A stretch of 51,431 nucleotides of DNA from the sequence record DRR723986_4259, one strand, 5' to 3'. Positions 30,380 to 40,906 of the stretch are shown piece by piece. The notes under the pieces were generated by a model. It saw nothing but the letters and a program-made list of their open reading frames with translations. It was not told the origin of the DNA and did not search any database. The position numbers were made by a program, and so were the translations under genes. Within the stretch, counting starts at the first letter, position 1; every line of letters begins with the position of its first letter.

Positions 30380-31119
30380 TCTACTCGACTCTGAAACTCG
30401 CTCTGACACCAGAGCGCAAGACTCTGAAAGTCCTGAGCCGCTTGGCTATCGGGCGCGCGGGCAATAACCGATGCTAATTCGGCCTGGGCCTCGGCGATGA
30501 TCAGGTCTTCGTGCACCACACCCGGCACCATTTGCTCTTCAAAATCATCGGCGATCAGGTTGGCAATGGCACTGGCCAACTCTTGAGCTGGCTGCAAGCG
30601 GTTGATGAGTATTCGATAATTCGACGCAGGCCAATGCCCCGCATCTTGCTTTAACAAGGCGTAACTCGCGGCATCCGGTGCTGCGACGTATAGGGTCAGA
30701 TCTACACTGGGCAGCGAGTAATGCGGCAGGGAGCGCGACGTCGGACCATCAATCAATACGCAGTCCAGCGGCAGTGAGGCCAGATCCGCAACAACAGCGT
30801 GCAATGGCGATTGACCTGCCACCAGTGTTGGAAAAAAGCGCGATAGCTCATCGGCATCGAGCTCACCGAAGGGCAATACCCAGCGCCCATCGTCATGCTG
30901 CAGTGTTGCCTCTTTCCAGGAGCCCCCCTCCAGGCTTGCCTTCGCCCAACCCACCTTTTCCCCGGGGTTTACCGCCAGGGCTAGACGCAGCATATTGTCG
31001 ACGTTGGCATCGATGCACAAACACCGCAGTCCTTGCTGTTGAAGGGCGGCCGATAGATTTGCCACGACTGCTGTCGTGCCAACACCGCCGTGCATACCAC
31101 TTACCGTAATCGTCAACAT
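30376..31119 (-). CDS. bcsQ: Cellulose biosynthesis SIMIBI/MinD-like ATPase BcsQ
   Basis: GMHGGVGTT deviant Walker A, NMLRL, GWA, LPFG, P.SQAA.D; lies directly upstream of bcsA. Confidence 0.9.
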   Translation of the reverse strand: MLTITVSGMHGGVGTTAVVANLSAALQQQGLRCLCIDANVDNMLRLALAVNPGEKVGWAKASLEGGSWKEATLQHDDGRWVLPFGELDADELSRFFPTLVAGQSPLHAVVADLASLPLDCVLIDGPTSRSLPHYSLPSVDLTLYVAAPDAASYALLKQDAGHWPASNYRILINRLQPAQELASAIANLIADDFEEQMVPGVVHEDLIIAEAQAELASVIARAPDSQAAQDFQSLALWCQSEFQSRVE

Positions 31120-31133
31120 AGTACTGTGCGTTC

Positions 31134-31185
31134 CACAACGTAGGCCACTACGCAAGTCGCAAGGCGAGTCACAACGTAAACCACT
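31134..31185. repeat. Imperfect 16-bp direct repeat in the bcsR-bcsQ spacer
   Basis: CACAACGTAggCCACT (31134-31149) and CACAACGTAaaCCACT (31170-31185), 36-bp period. Confidence 0.7.
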
Positions 31186-31205
31186 GGGTGAGTTTCAAGC
31201 ACGCG

Positions 31206-31421
31206 TCAGCACTCGCTATTGTCATCGCGGCGATTAAGTGCCTGCAATAGCGGCCAGCGAGTCATCAGCCGCGAGCGTTCACTCACTCTGAAGTTCTCTT
31301 TATAGGAAAAGGCCGCGCCCGCACCCAGCGCGCGCATCACCGATCGTATATCACGACTCAATGGCTCAGCACTGAGCTTGCCAACGCGCTGAGATTCTCG
31401 AGCGTGCTCCTGCAGCTCCAT
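31206..31421 (-). CDS. bcsR: Cellulose biosynthesis protein BcsR
   Basis: Small protein with the C-terminal RWPLL signature, upstream of bcsQ; AAGGA RBS before ATG 31421. Confidence 0.8.
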   Translation of the reverse strand: MELQEHARESQRVGKLSAEPLSRDIRSVMRALGAGAAFSYKENFRVSERSRLMTRWPLLQALNRRDDNSEC

Positions 31422-31620
31422 TGTTTTTTCCTTGGGCGGAATATCCATACACTAAGTCCCAAATCTAGCCGAAGCTCGCGTCGGCAACCATTGGCAATCA
31501 CACCTATATTTATAGGGTTTTTGGCAGGCACAGCCGCGATTCCTAGCCATTCTGACGCCCCCTGCGCTATAGTGCAATCACCGCGTAATACGTCCCGAAA
31601 TATACGAGACAGCACAGCGA

Positions 31621-33198
31621 ATGAGTATTCAGGCGATACAACACAGTTTTGAAGAGACCCTGTCACAGGACGGCTTGTTCTGCTTGCTGGGTCATTCCTA
31701 CGCCGATTTCATCGCTACACTTTCGCTGCTTTCATCAAGTCACCAGAGTTTTGTCTTTCAAGAAACGCAGAAAAACGTCTTCAATGGCCTGGATGAGCAG
31801 GACCAGCAGGCGCTGGCAAATCTTTCCCAATCTCGTTCAGCGGGCTGCTTTTTCAACCACAGTTCGAAGACACTCAATTTAAAGCAACTGCTGCGCGACA
31901 CCGAAAGGCTCTCGCTACCGCGTAAAAGCGGGCTTTGTGTCGTCCTAAATGAAGACAGCTTCGACCGCTCTTCACCCGCTAAACTTCAGCAGGCGCTGGG
32001 CGCATGGCGCCGCTTTTGTCGGCGCGGCCAATACCGCATCATGTTTCTTGTTTGCGGCCCCTGTGAAACACTGCGGCCACTGTTAAAACGCCACAGCAAA
32101 ACCTTGTCCGGGATCGCAACACAAACCCGCATGTCCAAGCTGCGCTATTCGCTGCTCATTGATCACTGGCTCAGCCCGCAGGGCATGCTGGCACACCAGG
32201 AGTTTTTGCTAGAGCTCGACAGCCATCATGCGATCGAGCATCTTGAGCAGTTACTGAAGCCACAGGCGAACGCCACGATCGAGAGCAGTGACGTCGACAC
32301 CATCTACACGGTGCAGCGCCTTAAAGAAGAGCTTTACCAAAGCGCTAATGTCATTGCCGAGCAAAGCGACAACAGCGCTCTGCTTGAAAGTCTGGACGGC
32401 GTCGTCGCGGCAACCGTCATCTTCGACTGCCAACAGGCCGACGATATCGAAACCCTAGCGTTAATGATTTACCAGCTTCGCGCAAGTGCCGGCGAGCAGC
32501 TAAAGATTCTTGTACGCGAGTCACTGCGCTGCCTGCGTGCGGCAGATGAGGCCTACTTGCTCAGAGCGGGCTGCAGTCTAATCATCCCCCATGGCGTCCA
32601 CGCCAGCGCTGTACACAGCTTAGTGGCGGCAATTCAAGGCCACGTATTTACGCGCAACCTGCCCAGCAGCTTGAATAAACTGATAGAAACGCGCCCCTAT
32701 TCCAGCGACTACGGCTACACCGAACCGGCTGCCTTCGCTCGCTACGCAAGGCGAGCCTTCGATAACAGCCTGTTCAGTGAACTTCAGCATTTGATTGTTG
32801 AACTCATGCCGTTGCCAGGCATCAGCATAGAGCAGATTTTTGGTCTGTGCCGCCTGCGGCGAGAAGGAGACTTACTTACTGTCGTCGACGGTAAAGTGTA
32901 CTTTTTTCTCTACGCCTGCTCTTTACGAGACGTGGATACGGCGCTGCGCAACAGCTTAGATTTGCCGGTGAATGATTTATTCGCCAGCCGCCTGCTGCAC
33001 TGCGATGCCGACGATATTGATGAACTGCTAGACAAACTCTTGCTAGCCTCCCCGTCCATCAATGCGCAGCGAGCCCGCAAACTAATGGACCATCGTTCAC
33101 AGCACCGCCCGCTTGCCCCGGCAGAAAAGCAGCGTGGCGCGGCCGCCTTTGCAAAACGCCGACGACTGGACACCACAATACAAAGTGAGAGCGAGTAA
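31621..33198 (+). CDS. bcsE: c-di-GMP-binding protein BcsE
   Basis: 525 aa, first gene of the divergent unit; LKILVRE..CLRAADE..LL..G, I-site-like REGD, FLYAC...DVDTAL..LP. Confidence 0.88.
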   Translation: MSIQAIQHSFEETLSQDGLFCLLGHSYADFIATLSLLSSSHQSFVFQETQKNVFNGLDEQDQQALANLSQSRSAGCFFNHSSKTLNLKQLLRDTERLSLPRKSGLCVVLNEDSFDRSSPAKLQQALGAWRRFCRRGQYRIMFLVCGPCETLRPLLKRHSKTLSGIATQTRMSKLRYSLLIDHWLSPQGMLAHQEFLLELDSHHAIEHLEQLLKPQANATIESSDVDTIYTVQRLKEELYQSANVIAEQSDNSALLESLDGVVAATVIFDCQQADDIETLALMIYQLRASAGEQLKILVRESLRCLRAADEAYLLRAGCSLIIPHGVHASAVHSLVAAIQGHVFTRNLPSSLNKLIETRPYSSDYGYTEPAAFARYARRAFDNSLFSELQHLIVELMPLPGISIEQIFGLCRLRREGDLLTVVDGKVYFFLYACSLRDVDTALRNSLDLPVNDLFASRLLHCDADDIDELLDKLLLASPSINAQRARKLMDHRSQHRPLAPAEKQRGAAAFAKRRRLDTTIQSESE

Positions 33199-33204
33199 GC
33201 AGCC

Positions 33205-33402
33205 ATGAATATCCATGACTTTATGCTCACTGTGAGCTGCAGCCTGGTCGTTGGACTACTGCTGGGTTATTTTTTTCGCGAGGCGCTGCTGGGTTTTAGT
33301 CAATTCATGCATCGCCATCTTGAACCCCGCCATCTTCGCCGCTATCGACCGACGACACCAACGGCGAACGCCCCCTCAAACAAGGATGACGCTCAACAAT
33401 GA
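33205..33402 (+). CDS. bcsF: Small membrane protein BcsF
   Basis: 65 aa, single TM with LGY and a PRHL motif, between bcsE and bcsG. Confidence 0.8.
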   Translation: MNIHDFMLTVSCSLVVGLLLGYFFREALLGFSQFMHRHLEPRHLRRYRPTTPTANAPSNKDDAQQ

Positions 33403-35015
33403 ATGGCAAGGTCCGCAAGCTTCAATCGCAGGAGTTAGTGCTACCCGAGCTGGCGGTCTGGAACGCCTATTTTTTAATTAAGTTGGTGCTGTATTTTCAG
33501 GGAAAAATGCAGTTTCACGTCGTGGAAAATATCGCATTTGCGATCTTTCTTTTGTTACCGGTTTCTCTTCCTGTATTGCGCGTGGCTCGTCAGATCAGCG
33601 CCGTGATCTTCGCGCTATGGCTAATCCATCTGGATTCTAATCTGCCTCCGCTGGAACGGTTATTTGCCCAACTCGAACAACTCTCCCACTTTGAGTCGGA
33701 CTATCTCGTCGAACTCGCCTGGCGTTTTGTGCCCGATATCAACCCCCTAATCGCGGTTGTAGGCATTGCCGTTTACCTCATAGCCAACCGCTACTTTCGT
33801 TTAACATCATTCGTGCTATTAGCACTTTTCGCAGCAAGCATTCACAGCCTGAGCCCACAGCCGACCGCCCCCATCGCCAGCCTTCCAGCAGACGGACACG
33901 GCGAACATGAAGCGCAGGCGAGTGGCTCGCCGCAGGGCGACGAGGCACTAAACAACTACCTGAGCAGCTTCTTCAGCCGAGAAGCCCGACGCCAGGTTCG
34001 CTTCCCGCCTCTCGCGCAAGAACGCCAGGCCTTCGACGTTATTTTCCTCAGCGTTTGCTCCCTCTCCTGGGACGACCTTGATGTCGTTGAGCAGCGACAG
34101 CACCCGTTATTGCAGCGCTTTGACTTTGTCTTTGAACAATTTAACTCGGCCACCAGTTACAGCGGCCCGGCTGTTCTCAGGCTAAGCAGAGCGAGTTGTG
34201 GGCAGCTGCCCCACTCTGGACTCTATGAAGAAACCAGCGACCAGTGCCTGCTAATGACCCAGTTTACGCAACAGGGTTACGACCATGCCCTGTTGATGAA
34301 TCACGATGGTCACTTCGACAATTTTCTCGAGAGCACACGCCAACTTGGCCACGTCGACGCTGAACTGTTTCCCCTTGCGGGCATCCCCCAAGCACAGAAG
34401 GCCTTTGACGGATCGCCGATATACAGCGACCTCGCGGTGTTGGAGAACTGGTGGCAACAGCGGCTACAGTCGCCGTCTCCCTCGACAGTCGCGCTGTACA
34501 ACACCACCAGTCTGCACGATGGCAACCGCCTACTGGACAGTCGGGAGAATCTGCGCGGCACACAAAGTTATAAGCGCCGAATGGATCGCTTATTTGGCGA
34601 TATTTCACGCTTCTTAGACCGCCTTCAGCAAAGCGGCAAAAATGTTGTCGTAGTGCTAGTCCCCGAGCACGGCGCGGGGCTGCGCGGCGATGCCATGCAA
34701 ATTCCGGGAATGCGTGAAATTCCCACACCGGCGATTACAAAAGTGCCGGTTGCCATCAAGCTCATTGGCCCAAACCTGGAGCGTCAGGGCCCCGCCGCGC
34801 GCATTACTCAGCCCAGCAGCTATCAAGCCATTGGCCAACTGCTGGCTGACTTTATGGCTGCCGATATTTTTGCCAATAAGCAATTTAGCACCAGTGACTG
34901 GCTGAGCACCCTTCCCCGCACCGAGCCAGTTTCCCAGAATGATGGCAGCACAATGCTCAGTATCGACGGCGAGAGCTATCTGTCACTCGATGGCAGCAGC
35001 TGGACGCGCTACTAG
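33399..35015 (+). CDS. bcsG: Cellulose phosphoethanolamine transferase BcsG
   Basis: WNAYFLIK, CSLSWDD, FNSATSYSGPA (catalytic Ser), RASCGQ, NHDGHFDNF, LHDGN, VPEHG. Confidence 0.95.
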   Translation: MNGKVRKLQSQELVLPELAVWNAYFLIKLVLYFQGKMQFHVVENIAFAIFLLLPVSLPVLRVARQISAVIFALWLIHLDSNLPPLERLFAQLEQLSHFESDYLVELAWRFVPDINPLIAVVGIAVYLIANRYFRLTSFVLLALFAASIHSLSPQPTAPIASLPADGHGEHEAQASGSPQGDEALNNYLSSFFSREARRQVRFPPLAQERQAFDVIFLSVCSLSWDDLDVVEQRQHPLLQRFDFVFEQFNSATSYSGPAVLRLSRASCGQLPHSGLYEETSDQCLLMTQFTQQGYDHALLMNHDGHFDNFLESTRQLGHVDAELFPLAGIPQAQKAFDGSPIYSDLAVLENWWQQRLQSPSPSTVALYNTTSLHDGNRLLDSRENLRGTQSYKRRMDRLFGDISRFLDRLQQSGKNVVVVLVPEHGAGLRGDAMQIPGMREIPTPAITKVPVAIKLIGPNLERQGPAARITQPSSYQAIGQLLADFMAADIFANKQFSTSDWLSTLPRTEPVSQNDGSTMLSIDGESYLSLDGSSWTRY

Positions 35016-35058
35016 AGCCTGTTAAGACTACCAGGGCCTGCGAAGAGGCCCATTCAGG

Positions 35059-35478
35059 CTAGTGGAAGAGGCGTGTATTGTGCTCGCTGATTTGTTCGTT
35101 GAGCGTCCAGTAGTCATATATTACGCCAAGCAGAAACACGCCGCCCGTTAGTAAATACACAATCCCAGTCAGCCATTTACCGAGGTAGAAACGGTGCAAA
35201 CCGAAAATACCCAGAAAGGTTAGCAATATCCATGCGACGGAATAGCTGGCAGTGCCTGATTGATAGCGTCGATCGGCGGAGCGCTCCATGGCGGGAATCA
35301 ACACTAAGTCGATAATCCAGCCGATAAAAAACAAGCCCAGGGTAAAAAAATACAGTGTTCCGCTTATCGGCCGTCCCAAATAGAAACGGTGAGCCCCCAT
35401 GAAGCCGAATAGCCACAATACGTAGGCAATAACGATATTATGAGTATCACTGCCGGGCGCAGACAACTTAGTAGACAC
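35059..35478 (-). CDS. TM2-domain membrane protein (two TM2 repeats)
   Basis: Two LW/LT.F.G..G.HRFYLG motifs; probable GTG start after GGGAGG. Confidence 0.88.
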   Translation of the reverse strand: MSTKLSAPGSDTHNIVIAYVLWLFGFMGAHRFYLGRPISGTLYFFTLGLFFIGWIIDLVLIPAMERSADRRYQSGTASYSVAWILLTFLGIFGLHRFYLGKWLTGIVYLLTGGVFLLGVIYDYWTLNEQISEHNTRLFH

Positions 35479-35515
35479 TTCCCCTCCCACTGCTCGCAGT
35501 TTTCGTTACGCCACC

Positions 35516-36196
35516 TTACACGGGGCGCAAATGGAATAGAATGGATAACGGCATCGCACCCTTGCCCGCGTTCGGCTCCTCAACGTTCGCGATGCTATAG
35601 CCCGCCCGTTGAAATACTAAAGACCAGTCGCCGAGCGTGCGAAAATACCACGGCGGCGCATCCTTAAATTGCTGATGAAGGTGGTCAGGCAAGCCTTCCC
35701 AGCTGCCCGTTAACCACCTTGAGCAGTAACTCTCGCCGCGTGTAATAAAACAGGGGTGCAAGGTTTGCACCAATAAATGGCCACTAGCCGACAAGGCCCG
35801 CTTGAGCGACCTCAAGGGCTGCTCGACTGATTCACCCAGCAAAGAAAAGTTACACACCGCCAAATCGAATGTTTGCGGCCATGCCACCTCATCTAGCGCC
35901 TCATAGGCAATGCACTGGCAATTCTTACTGCCCCGCGCTATTGCCTCCGCCACCAATTCGGCGACGGCATCAAAACCGACAACGTCAACACCGTGCCCAG
36001 CAAGCTCACGCATTAGCCAGCCCTCTCCGCAACCCACATCCAGAACGCGTTGCGGGTGATGGCTCAGCACAGCGTTAACAATTGCCCCATTTGTTACCGC
36101 CACCCGGCTGGCGATTGCCTGTTGATCAAGGGCAGCAACCCAAGGTGCAGCATTCCTTTGCCAGCTCTCTACTATCTGCTTCTCGCTGTCAGCCAC
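35516..36196 (-). CDS. Class I SAM-dependent methyltransferase
   Basis: VLDVGCGEG, FDLAVCNFSL, QTLHP, PWYFRTL. Confidence 0.88.
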   Translation of the reverse strand: MADSEKQIVESWQRNAAPWVAALDQQAIASRVAVTNGAIVNAVLSHHPQRVLDVGCGEGWLMRELAGHGVDVVGFDAVAELVAEAIARGSKNCQCIAYEALDEVAWPQTFDLAVCNFSLLGESVEQPLRSLKRALSASGHLLVQTLHPCFITRGESYCSRWLTGSWEGLPDHLHQQFKDAPPWYFRTLGDWSLVFQRAGYSIANVEEPNAGKGAMPLSILFHLRPV

Positions 36197-36314
36197 CGTA
36201 TTTCTCCCTCCTCTCCATTGCGCTACGCACCGCTATTCGTCCGTTAAAAAGTCGCTGACAGCCCACGCCAGGCAAAGTACCATTTCCGGGTTATCTCGCA
36301 GCAGACAACTCACT

Positions 36315-37268
36315 ATGCCCAGCATTCGCTTCAATGATCAAACCCTGGACTACCTGCCAACGGAGACTGTGTTGCAGTGTTTACTGCGTCACCGCCAGCA
36401 GATTCCTCACGGTTGCCAAGCAGGTGCTTGCCAAAGCTGCCGAGTCAAAGTAAACGGCCCACTGGCGGCGCAGCAAATGCGCCTCGCGCAACAGGGGCTG
36501 CGCCCCGATGAGCGAGCCGACGGTATCGCGCTCAGTTGCCAGTTACAGCCCTCAGAAGGCTTAGAAATTCGCGGTGTTTCCCCAAAAAATGACCAACACA
36601 CTGCCAGGATTGTCGCGCGAAGCGCTCTGAACGAACAGGTTTGGGAACTCACCCTGGGCACGCGACTGCGCTGGCAAGCCGGTCAGTACTTTAGTGTGTC
36701 AGTAAACGGCGTTGATTACCGCTGCTATTCCGCGAGCAACCTCGCCGACGATGGCAACCTGAGGCTGCAACTTCGCCGCTACGAGGGCGGGCAAGTCAGC
36801 GACGCGCTGTGCCGCGCCGAGGTAGGTAGTGAGGTCACGCTGCAAGGGCCACTCGGAGATTTCACACTGCGCAGCGACGCGCGAACCAAGCGTATATTAT
36901 TACTGGGTAACGGCACCGGCCTGGCGCCGCTCCTTGCCCTGGCCCAACACGCCTTGCAAGAACTCCCCGCCACACCCATTACGTTGATCCACGCCTATCG
37001 CTCGACACAGCAAGCCTACCACTGCACGACGCTAGAGGAGCTGGCCAAGCAGGCGGATATCACCGTGGCAAGCGCCAGCTGGGCAGACAGCGCCGCCTCG
37101 GAACTGGATGATGTGCTTGATAAGTTGGGAGCGCTATCTGACACCGCCTGCTATCTGAGCGGCAGCACTGACTTCGTCCGGCACTATCAGCGGCGCCTTT
37201 TTATGCGCGGCGCGTCGCGCTCTCACATATTCTGCGAGTCCTTTCTGGATTTTACTCAGCGGGCATAA
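36315..37268 (+). CDS. 2Fe-2S ferredoxin-FAD/NAD(P)H oxidoreductase
   Basis: GCQAGACQSC...LSCQ cluster ligands, RCYS flavin motif, GQVS, GPLG, GTGLAP. Confidence 0.88.
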   Translation: MPSIRFNDQTLDYLPTETVLQCLLRHRQQIPHGCQAGACQSCRVKVNGPLAAQQMRLAQQGLRPDERADGIALSCQLQPSEGLEIRGVSPKNDQHTARIVARSALNEQVWELTLGTRLRWQAGQYFSVSVNGVDYRCYSASNLADDGNLRLQLRRYEGGQVSDALCRAEVGSEVTLQGPLGDFTLRSDARTKRILLLGNGTGLAPLLALAQHALQELPATPITLIHAYRSTQQAYHCTTLEELAKQADITVASASWADSAASELDDVLDKLGALSDTACYLSGSTDFVRHYQRRLFMRGASRSHIFCESFLDFTQRA

Positions 37269-37269
37269 A

Positions 37270-37293
37270 AAAGGCCGGCATATGCCGGCCTTT
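37270..37293. terminator. Bidirectional terminator
   Basis: Perfect palindrome AAAGGCCGGCATATGCCGGCCTTT between convergent genes, with an A-tract on the left. Confidence 0.8.
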
Positions 37294-37315
37294 ACACTCA
37301 CAAAAAATGCGCGTC

Positions 37316-39490
37316 TTACAGGAACAGCTCACCACTTTCTGCACGCTGCTCCAGCAGCGCAGGAACGGCAAACACATCGCCGTAACGTGCTTGTAGTTCT
37401 TTAGCGCGCGCCACGAATGCCTTCAAACCATAGGCATTAATCGCCTGGAAGACACCACCCGTTTGCGCGGGAAAACCAATCCCCATAATGGAACCGATGT
37501 TGCCGTCGCCGACGTTGGTTACCACGCCTTCTTCCATCGCGCGTACGGCTTCCAGGCATTGGCTGAAGACAAGGCGGTCCTTAATGTCTTCGTAGGGCAT
37601 ATCGATGTATCCATTTCGCGCATACGCCTCTTTGAGGCCAGGCCAAATGTGCTTTTTGCCACCTTCGGGATACTCGTAGTAGCCGCCACCGTGAACTTTA
37701 CCGCGACGCCCGAACTCATTCACCATGCGGTCGAGAATGCGGGACGCTGCATTGTCTTCCCACACTTTGCCCTGCGCTTCTGCATCGGCTTTGGCTTGCT
37801 GGCCGTTTTTGTACGCGGTTTCCTGGCTGATTTCATCGATCGCCGCCAGCGGTCCAACAGGTGAACCATTGTCGCGCGCCGCCGACTCGATAAGTACCGG
37901 ATTAACACCCTCTTCCAGCATTTCAGCGCCTTGAGATACCGTTTTACCGATAACCCGAGTGGTGAAGAAGCCTGGTGCATCGTTTACAACGATGGGGGTT
38001 TTACCCAGCTGCTGGGCCAAGTCGAAGGCCTTCGCCAAGGTCTCGTCACTGGTCTTTTCGCCGCGGATAATTTCAACCAGCGGCATCTTTTCAGCGGGCG
38101 AGAAAAAGTGCATGCCAATGAAGTTTTCAGCGCGGCTGCTCGCCTGCGCCAACTCGGTGATTGGCAAGGCTGAGGTATTCGAGGCAAACACTGCACTGGC
38201 ATCCAGCGCCGCTTCCGTTCCCTGCGTTACCGCTGCCTTGATCTTGCGGTCTTCAAATACCGCCTCAATCACCAGCTCACAGCCTTTCAAGTCTGCGTAG
38301 TCAGCGCTGGGCAGAATGCGCGCCATGTACTCCGCTTTCTTCTCTTCGGTCACCTTGCCCTTGCTGATGCCTTTATCAAAGTAGGCTTCGGCGTAGGCCT
38401 GACCGCGCTCAGCATTTTCCATGCTGATATCTTTGAGTACGACGTCAATACCTTTCTGAGCGGCCATTGTCGCAATACCCGCACCCATTTGACCGGCACC
38501 GATGATGCCGAGCTTCTGGCAGCTGAATTTCTCTGGGCCCTGCGGACGGCTGGCGCCGCGGTTCAACGCTTCCATTTGCACGAAGAAGGCGGTCATCATA
38601 TTGCGGGCCGTTTGATCCAGCAGCAAGCTGAGGAAATAGCGACCTTCAACCTTCTGCGCAGTATCGAAATCGACACGGGCAGAATCAACCACACAGGCAA
38701 AGATGGCGTTTTGTGCCGGCATCAGGTTCTTGGTCTGGACCATAACATTGGCGGGGCCAAAGAAGGTCAGCCCCTGGTTGGCTTCCTCTTCAGGGCCACC
38801 GCCAGGCATTTTGTAGCCTTCGCTATCCCAGGGTTGCTTAACGCCGCCCTCAGTGTTGGCATTTTGCTTGATCCACGCCTTGGCTTGGGCGTGCATATCC
38901 GCTTCATCATCGGCCAGGGCATTAACCAGGCCCTTCTCCAAGGCTTTATCCGCCTTCAGACGTCGGCCCTGGCTAATCAGGCCAATCGCCTCCTGCATAC
39001 CCAGCAGGTAGGTCATACGCACAACACCGCCGGCACCAGGCATCAAACCGATCATCGCCTCCGGCAAGCCCATTTGTATGCCTTTGACGGCCACGCGATA
39101 GTGACACGCCAAGGCGATTTCAAAACCGCCACCCAGCGCGGGACCATTCATACCCACCGCTACGGGCACACCCAGGGTTTCCAGGATACGCAGTGGCGCT
39201 TTGGTCGCCATAATGCCGTCGTACATTTCTTTTTTCTTATCGGCAGGTGGATTCAGATCCATCTCCAACATCTCTTTGATGTCGCCACCAGCAAAGAATT
39301 GGTTGGGCTTGCCACTGCGCAGATAAATACCGGTGACGCCGCCAGCCTCGACCATACCCTGCAATTCTGCCACGGCTGCGCGCATGGCCTCGTCGTATTC
39401 CAGGCCCATGGTATTTACAGTTTTACCCGGCTGATCAAAGATCAATTCAACGATGCCGTCTGCGTCTTTCTCTAAACGAATATATCCCAT
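37316..39490 (-). CDS. Fatty-acid oxidation multifunctional enzyme (enoyl-CoA hydratase / 3-hydroxyacyl-CoA dehydrogenase; FadB/FadJ-like)
   Basis: [43 protein letters not shown]; start ATG 39490. Confidence 0.93.
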   Translation of the reverse strand: MGYIRLEKDADGIVELIFDQPGKTVNTMGLEYDEAMRAAVAELQGMVEAGGVTGIYLRSGKPNQFFAGGDIKEMLEMDLNPPADKKKEMYDGIMATKAPLRILETLGVPVAVGMNGPALGGGFEIALACHYRVAVKGIQMGLPEAMIGLMPGAGGVVRMTYLLGMQEAIGLISQGRRLKADKALEKGLVNALADDEADMHAQAKAWIKQNANTEGGVKQPWDSEGYKMPGGGPEEEANQGLTFFGPANVMVQTKNLMPAQNAIFACVVDSARVDFDTAQKVEGRYFLSLLLDQTARNMMTAFFVQMEALNRGASRPQGPEKFSCQKLGIIGAGQMGAGIATMAAQKGIDVVLKDISMENAERGQAYAEAYFDKGISKGKVTEEKKAEYMARILPSADYADLKGCELVIEAVFEDRKIKAAVTQGTEAALDASAVFASNTSALPITELAQASSRAENFIGMHFFSPAEKMPLVEIIRGEKTSDETLAKAFDLAQQLGKTPIVVNDAPGFFTTRVIGKTVSQGAEMLEEGVNPVLIESAARDNGSPVGPLAAIDEISQETAYKNGQQAKADAEAQGKVWEDNAASRILDRMVNEFGRRGKVHGGGYYEYPEGGKKHIWPGLKEAYARNGYIDMPYEDIKDRLVFSQCLEAVRAMEEGVVTNVGDGNIGSIMGIGFPAQTGGVFQAINAYGLKAFVARAKELQARYGDVFAVPALLEQRAESGELFL

Positions 39491-39555
39491 TGTTCTGTAT
39501 CTCTCTTTGCCGCTCGGCAGCCAGTGCCGAGCCAAAAATTCACTATTCCCGCGAA

Positions 39556-40755
39556 TTACACGCGCTCGATGATGGTCGCGATGCCAATACCACCGCCGGC
39601 ACACAGCGTAACCAGGCCGCGCTTCAGGTCACGACGCTCGAGTTCATCCAACAGGGTGCCGAGAATCATTGCACCCGTCGCGCCAATGGGGTGACCCATG
39701 GCGATGGCGCCGCCGTTGACGTTAATTTTCTCATCGGGAATACCAAGGCGGTTTTGGTAACGCAGCACCACCGACGCGAAGGCCTCGTTGAGTTCAAACA
39801 GGTCGATATCGTCAACGCTCAGGCCGGCTTTTTTCAGTGCTTTCTGTGTCGCGGGAACGGGACCGTCCAGCATGATGGTGGGCTCACTGCCAACCAGCGC
39901 ACAGCTAACGATACGTGCGCGCGGTGTTAGGCCCTGCTCTTTACCAGCGGCTTCGCTGCCGATCAGCACCAGACCGGCGCCGTCGACAATACCCGAGGAG
40001 TTACCCGCGGTGTGCACGCATTCGATATTTTCCAACTCGGGGTATTTCAGTTTGGCGACGCCGCCGTGACCGAAATCGTTGAACATTTGGAAGGCCGGCT
40101 TCAGTTTGGCCAGGCCCTCGGCAGTGGTTTCAGCACGAATCAACTCATCTTGCTCTAACACCACAACGCCGTTCATATCGCGGACGGGAACGATGGACTT
40201 GAAGTAGCCATTGTCACGCGCCTGCGCGGCGCGGTGCTGTGAGCGCACGGCGTACGCATCCACCTCTTCACGACTGATCCCATCCATGGTGGCAATCATG
40301 TCGGCGCCCAAACCCTGGGAGATAAAATAGGACTTCATCGCCACCCACGGATCGCCGGTTGCACCGCCGCTGGCACCAATACCGAGGCGCGACATGGACT
40401 CAACACCACCGGCAGCCACTAGCTCTTCAAAACCGGAAGCGACTTTAGCCGCCGCCATATTCACGGCATCCAGACCACCTGCACAGAAGCGGTGAAGCTG
40501 CGCACCGGTAGTAATGTCGTCCCAGCTCGAGTAGACCAGTGCCGCTTTGGCAATGTTCTGTCCCTGCTCCTTGACTGGCTCGCCACAGGCGAGGATCAAA
40601 TCTTCGACCTTGCTGGTATCCAAATTGAGGCGCTCTTTCATCTCCTCAAGAAGATTCGTCACCAGGTCAATAGGTTTTACTTCATAGAGCGAACCGCCCT
40701 GTTTGCCCTTGCCGCGCGGGGTGCGAATCGCATCGTAAATAAAAGCGTCTGCCAT
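39556..40755 (-). CDS. Acetyl-CoA C-acyltransferase (thiolase, FadA-like)
   Basis: RTPRGK, RFCAGG (catalytic Cys), [26 protein letters not shown]. Confidence 0.95.
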   Translation of the reverse strand: MADAFIYDAIRTPRGKGKQGGSLYEVKPIDLVTNLLEEMKERLNLDTSKVEDLILACGEPVKEQGQNIAKAALVYSSWDDITTGAQLHRFCAGGLDAVNMAAAKVASGFEELVAAGGVESMSRLGIGASGGATGDPWVAMKSYFISQGLGADMIATMDGISREEVDAYAVRSQHRAAQARDNGYFKSIVPVRDMNGVVVLEQDELIRAETTAEGLAKLKPAFQMFNDFGHGGVAKLKYPELENIECVHTAGNSSGIVDGAGLVLIGSEAAGKEQGLTPRARIVSCALVGSEPTIMLDGPVPATQKALKKAGLSVDDIDLFELNEAFASVVLRYQNRLGIPDEKINVNGGAIAMGHPIGATGAMILGTLLDELERRDLKRGLVTLCAGGGIGIATIIERV

Positions 40756-40906
40756 GCTGTGTCCTGCCAAAGTAGATTGGGGTTACGTCAAATAGGCAAA
40801 GCATGGCGTCTGAGCTGGGATGCGGGCAATAACATATCCGGTCAATGGACTGACATCTATGATATTTCGTTTTATTTAACAGCCACTTAGCCGAAGAAGG
40901 CAGGTG

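Noticed and set aside
31134-31185. Repeat-spacer-repeat as a mini-CRISPR
   Set aside because: Only two 16-bp imperfect units, too short, and no cas genes
20706-35062. Target-site duplication flanking the bcs block (GGCTAGT at both ends)
   Set aside because: Only about 7 bp, both copies include a minus-strand TAG stop codon, and no integrase or transposase is present; likely chance
38489-39475. 328-aa plus-strand ORF
   Set aside because: Antisense shadow of the well-supported fatty-acid oxidation gene; no motifs; common in GC-rich coding DNA
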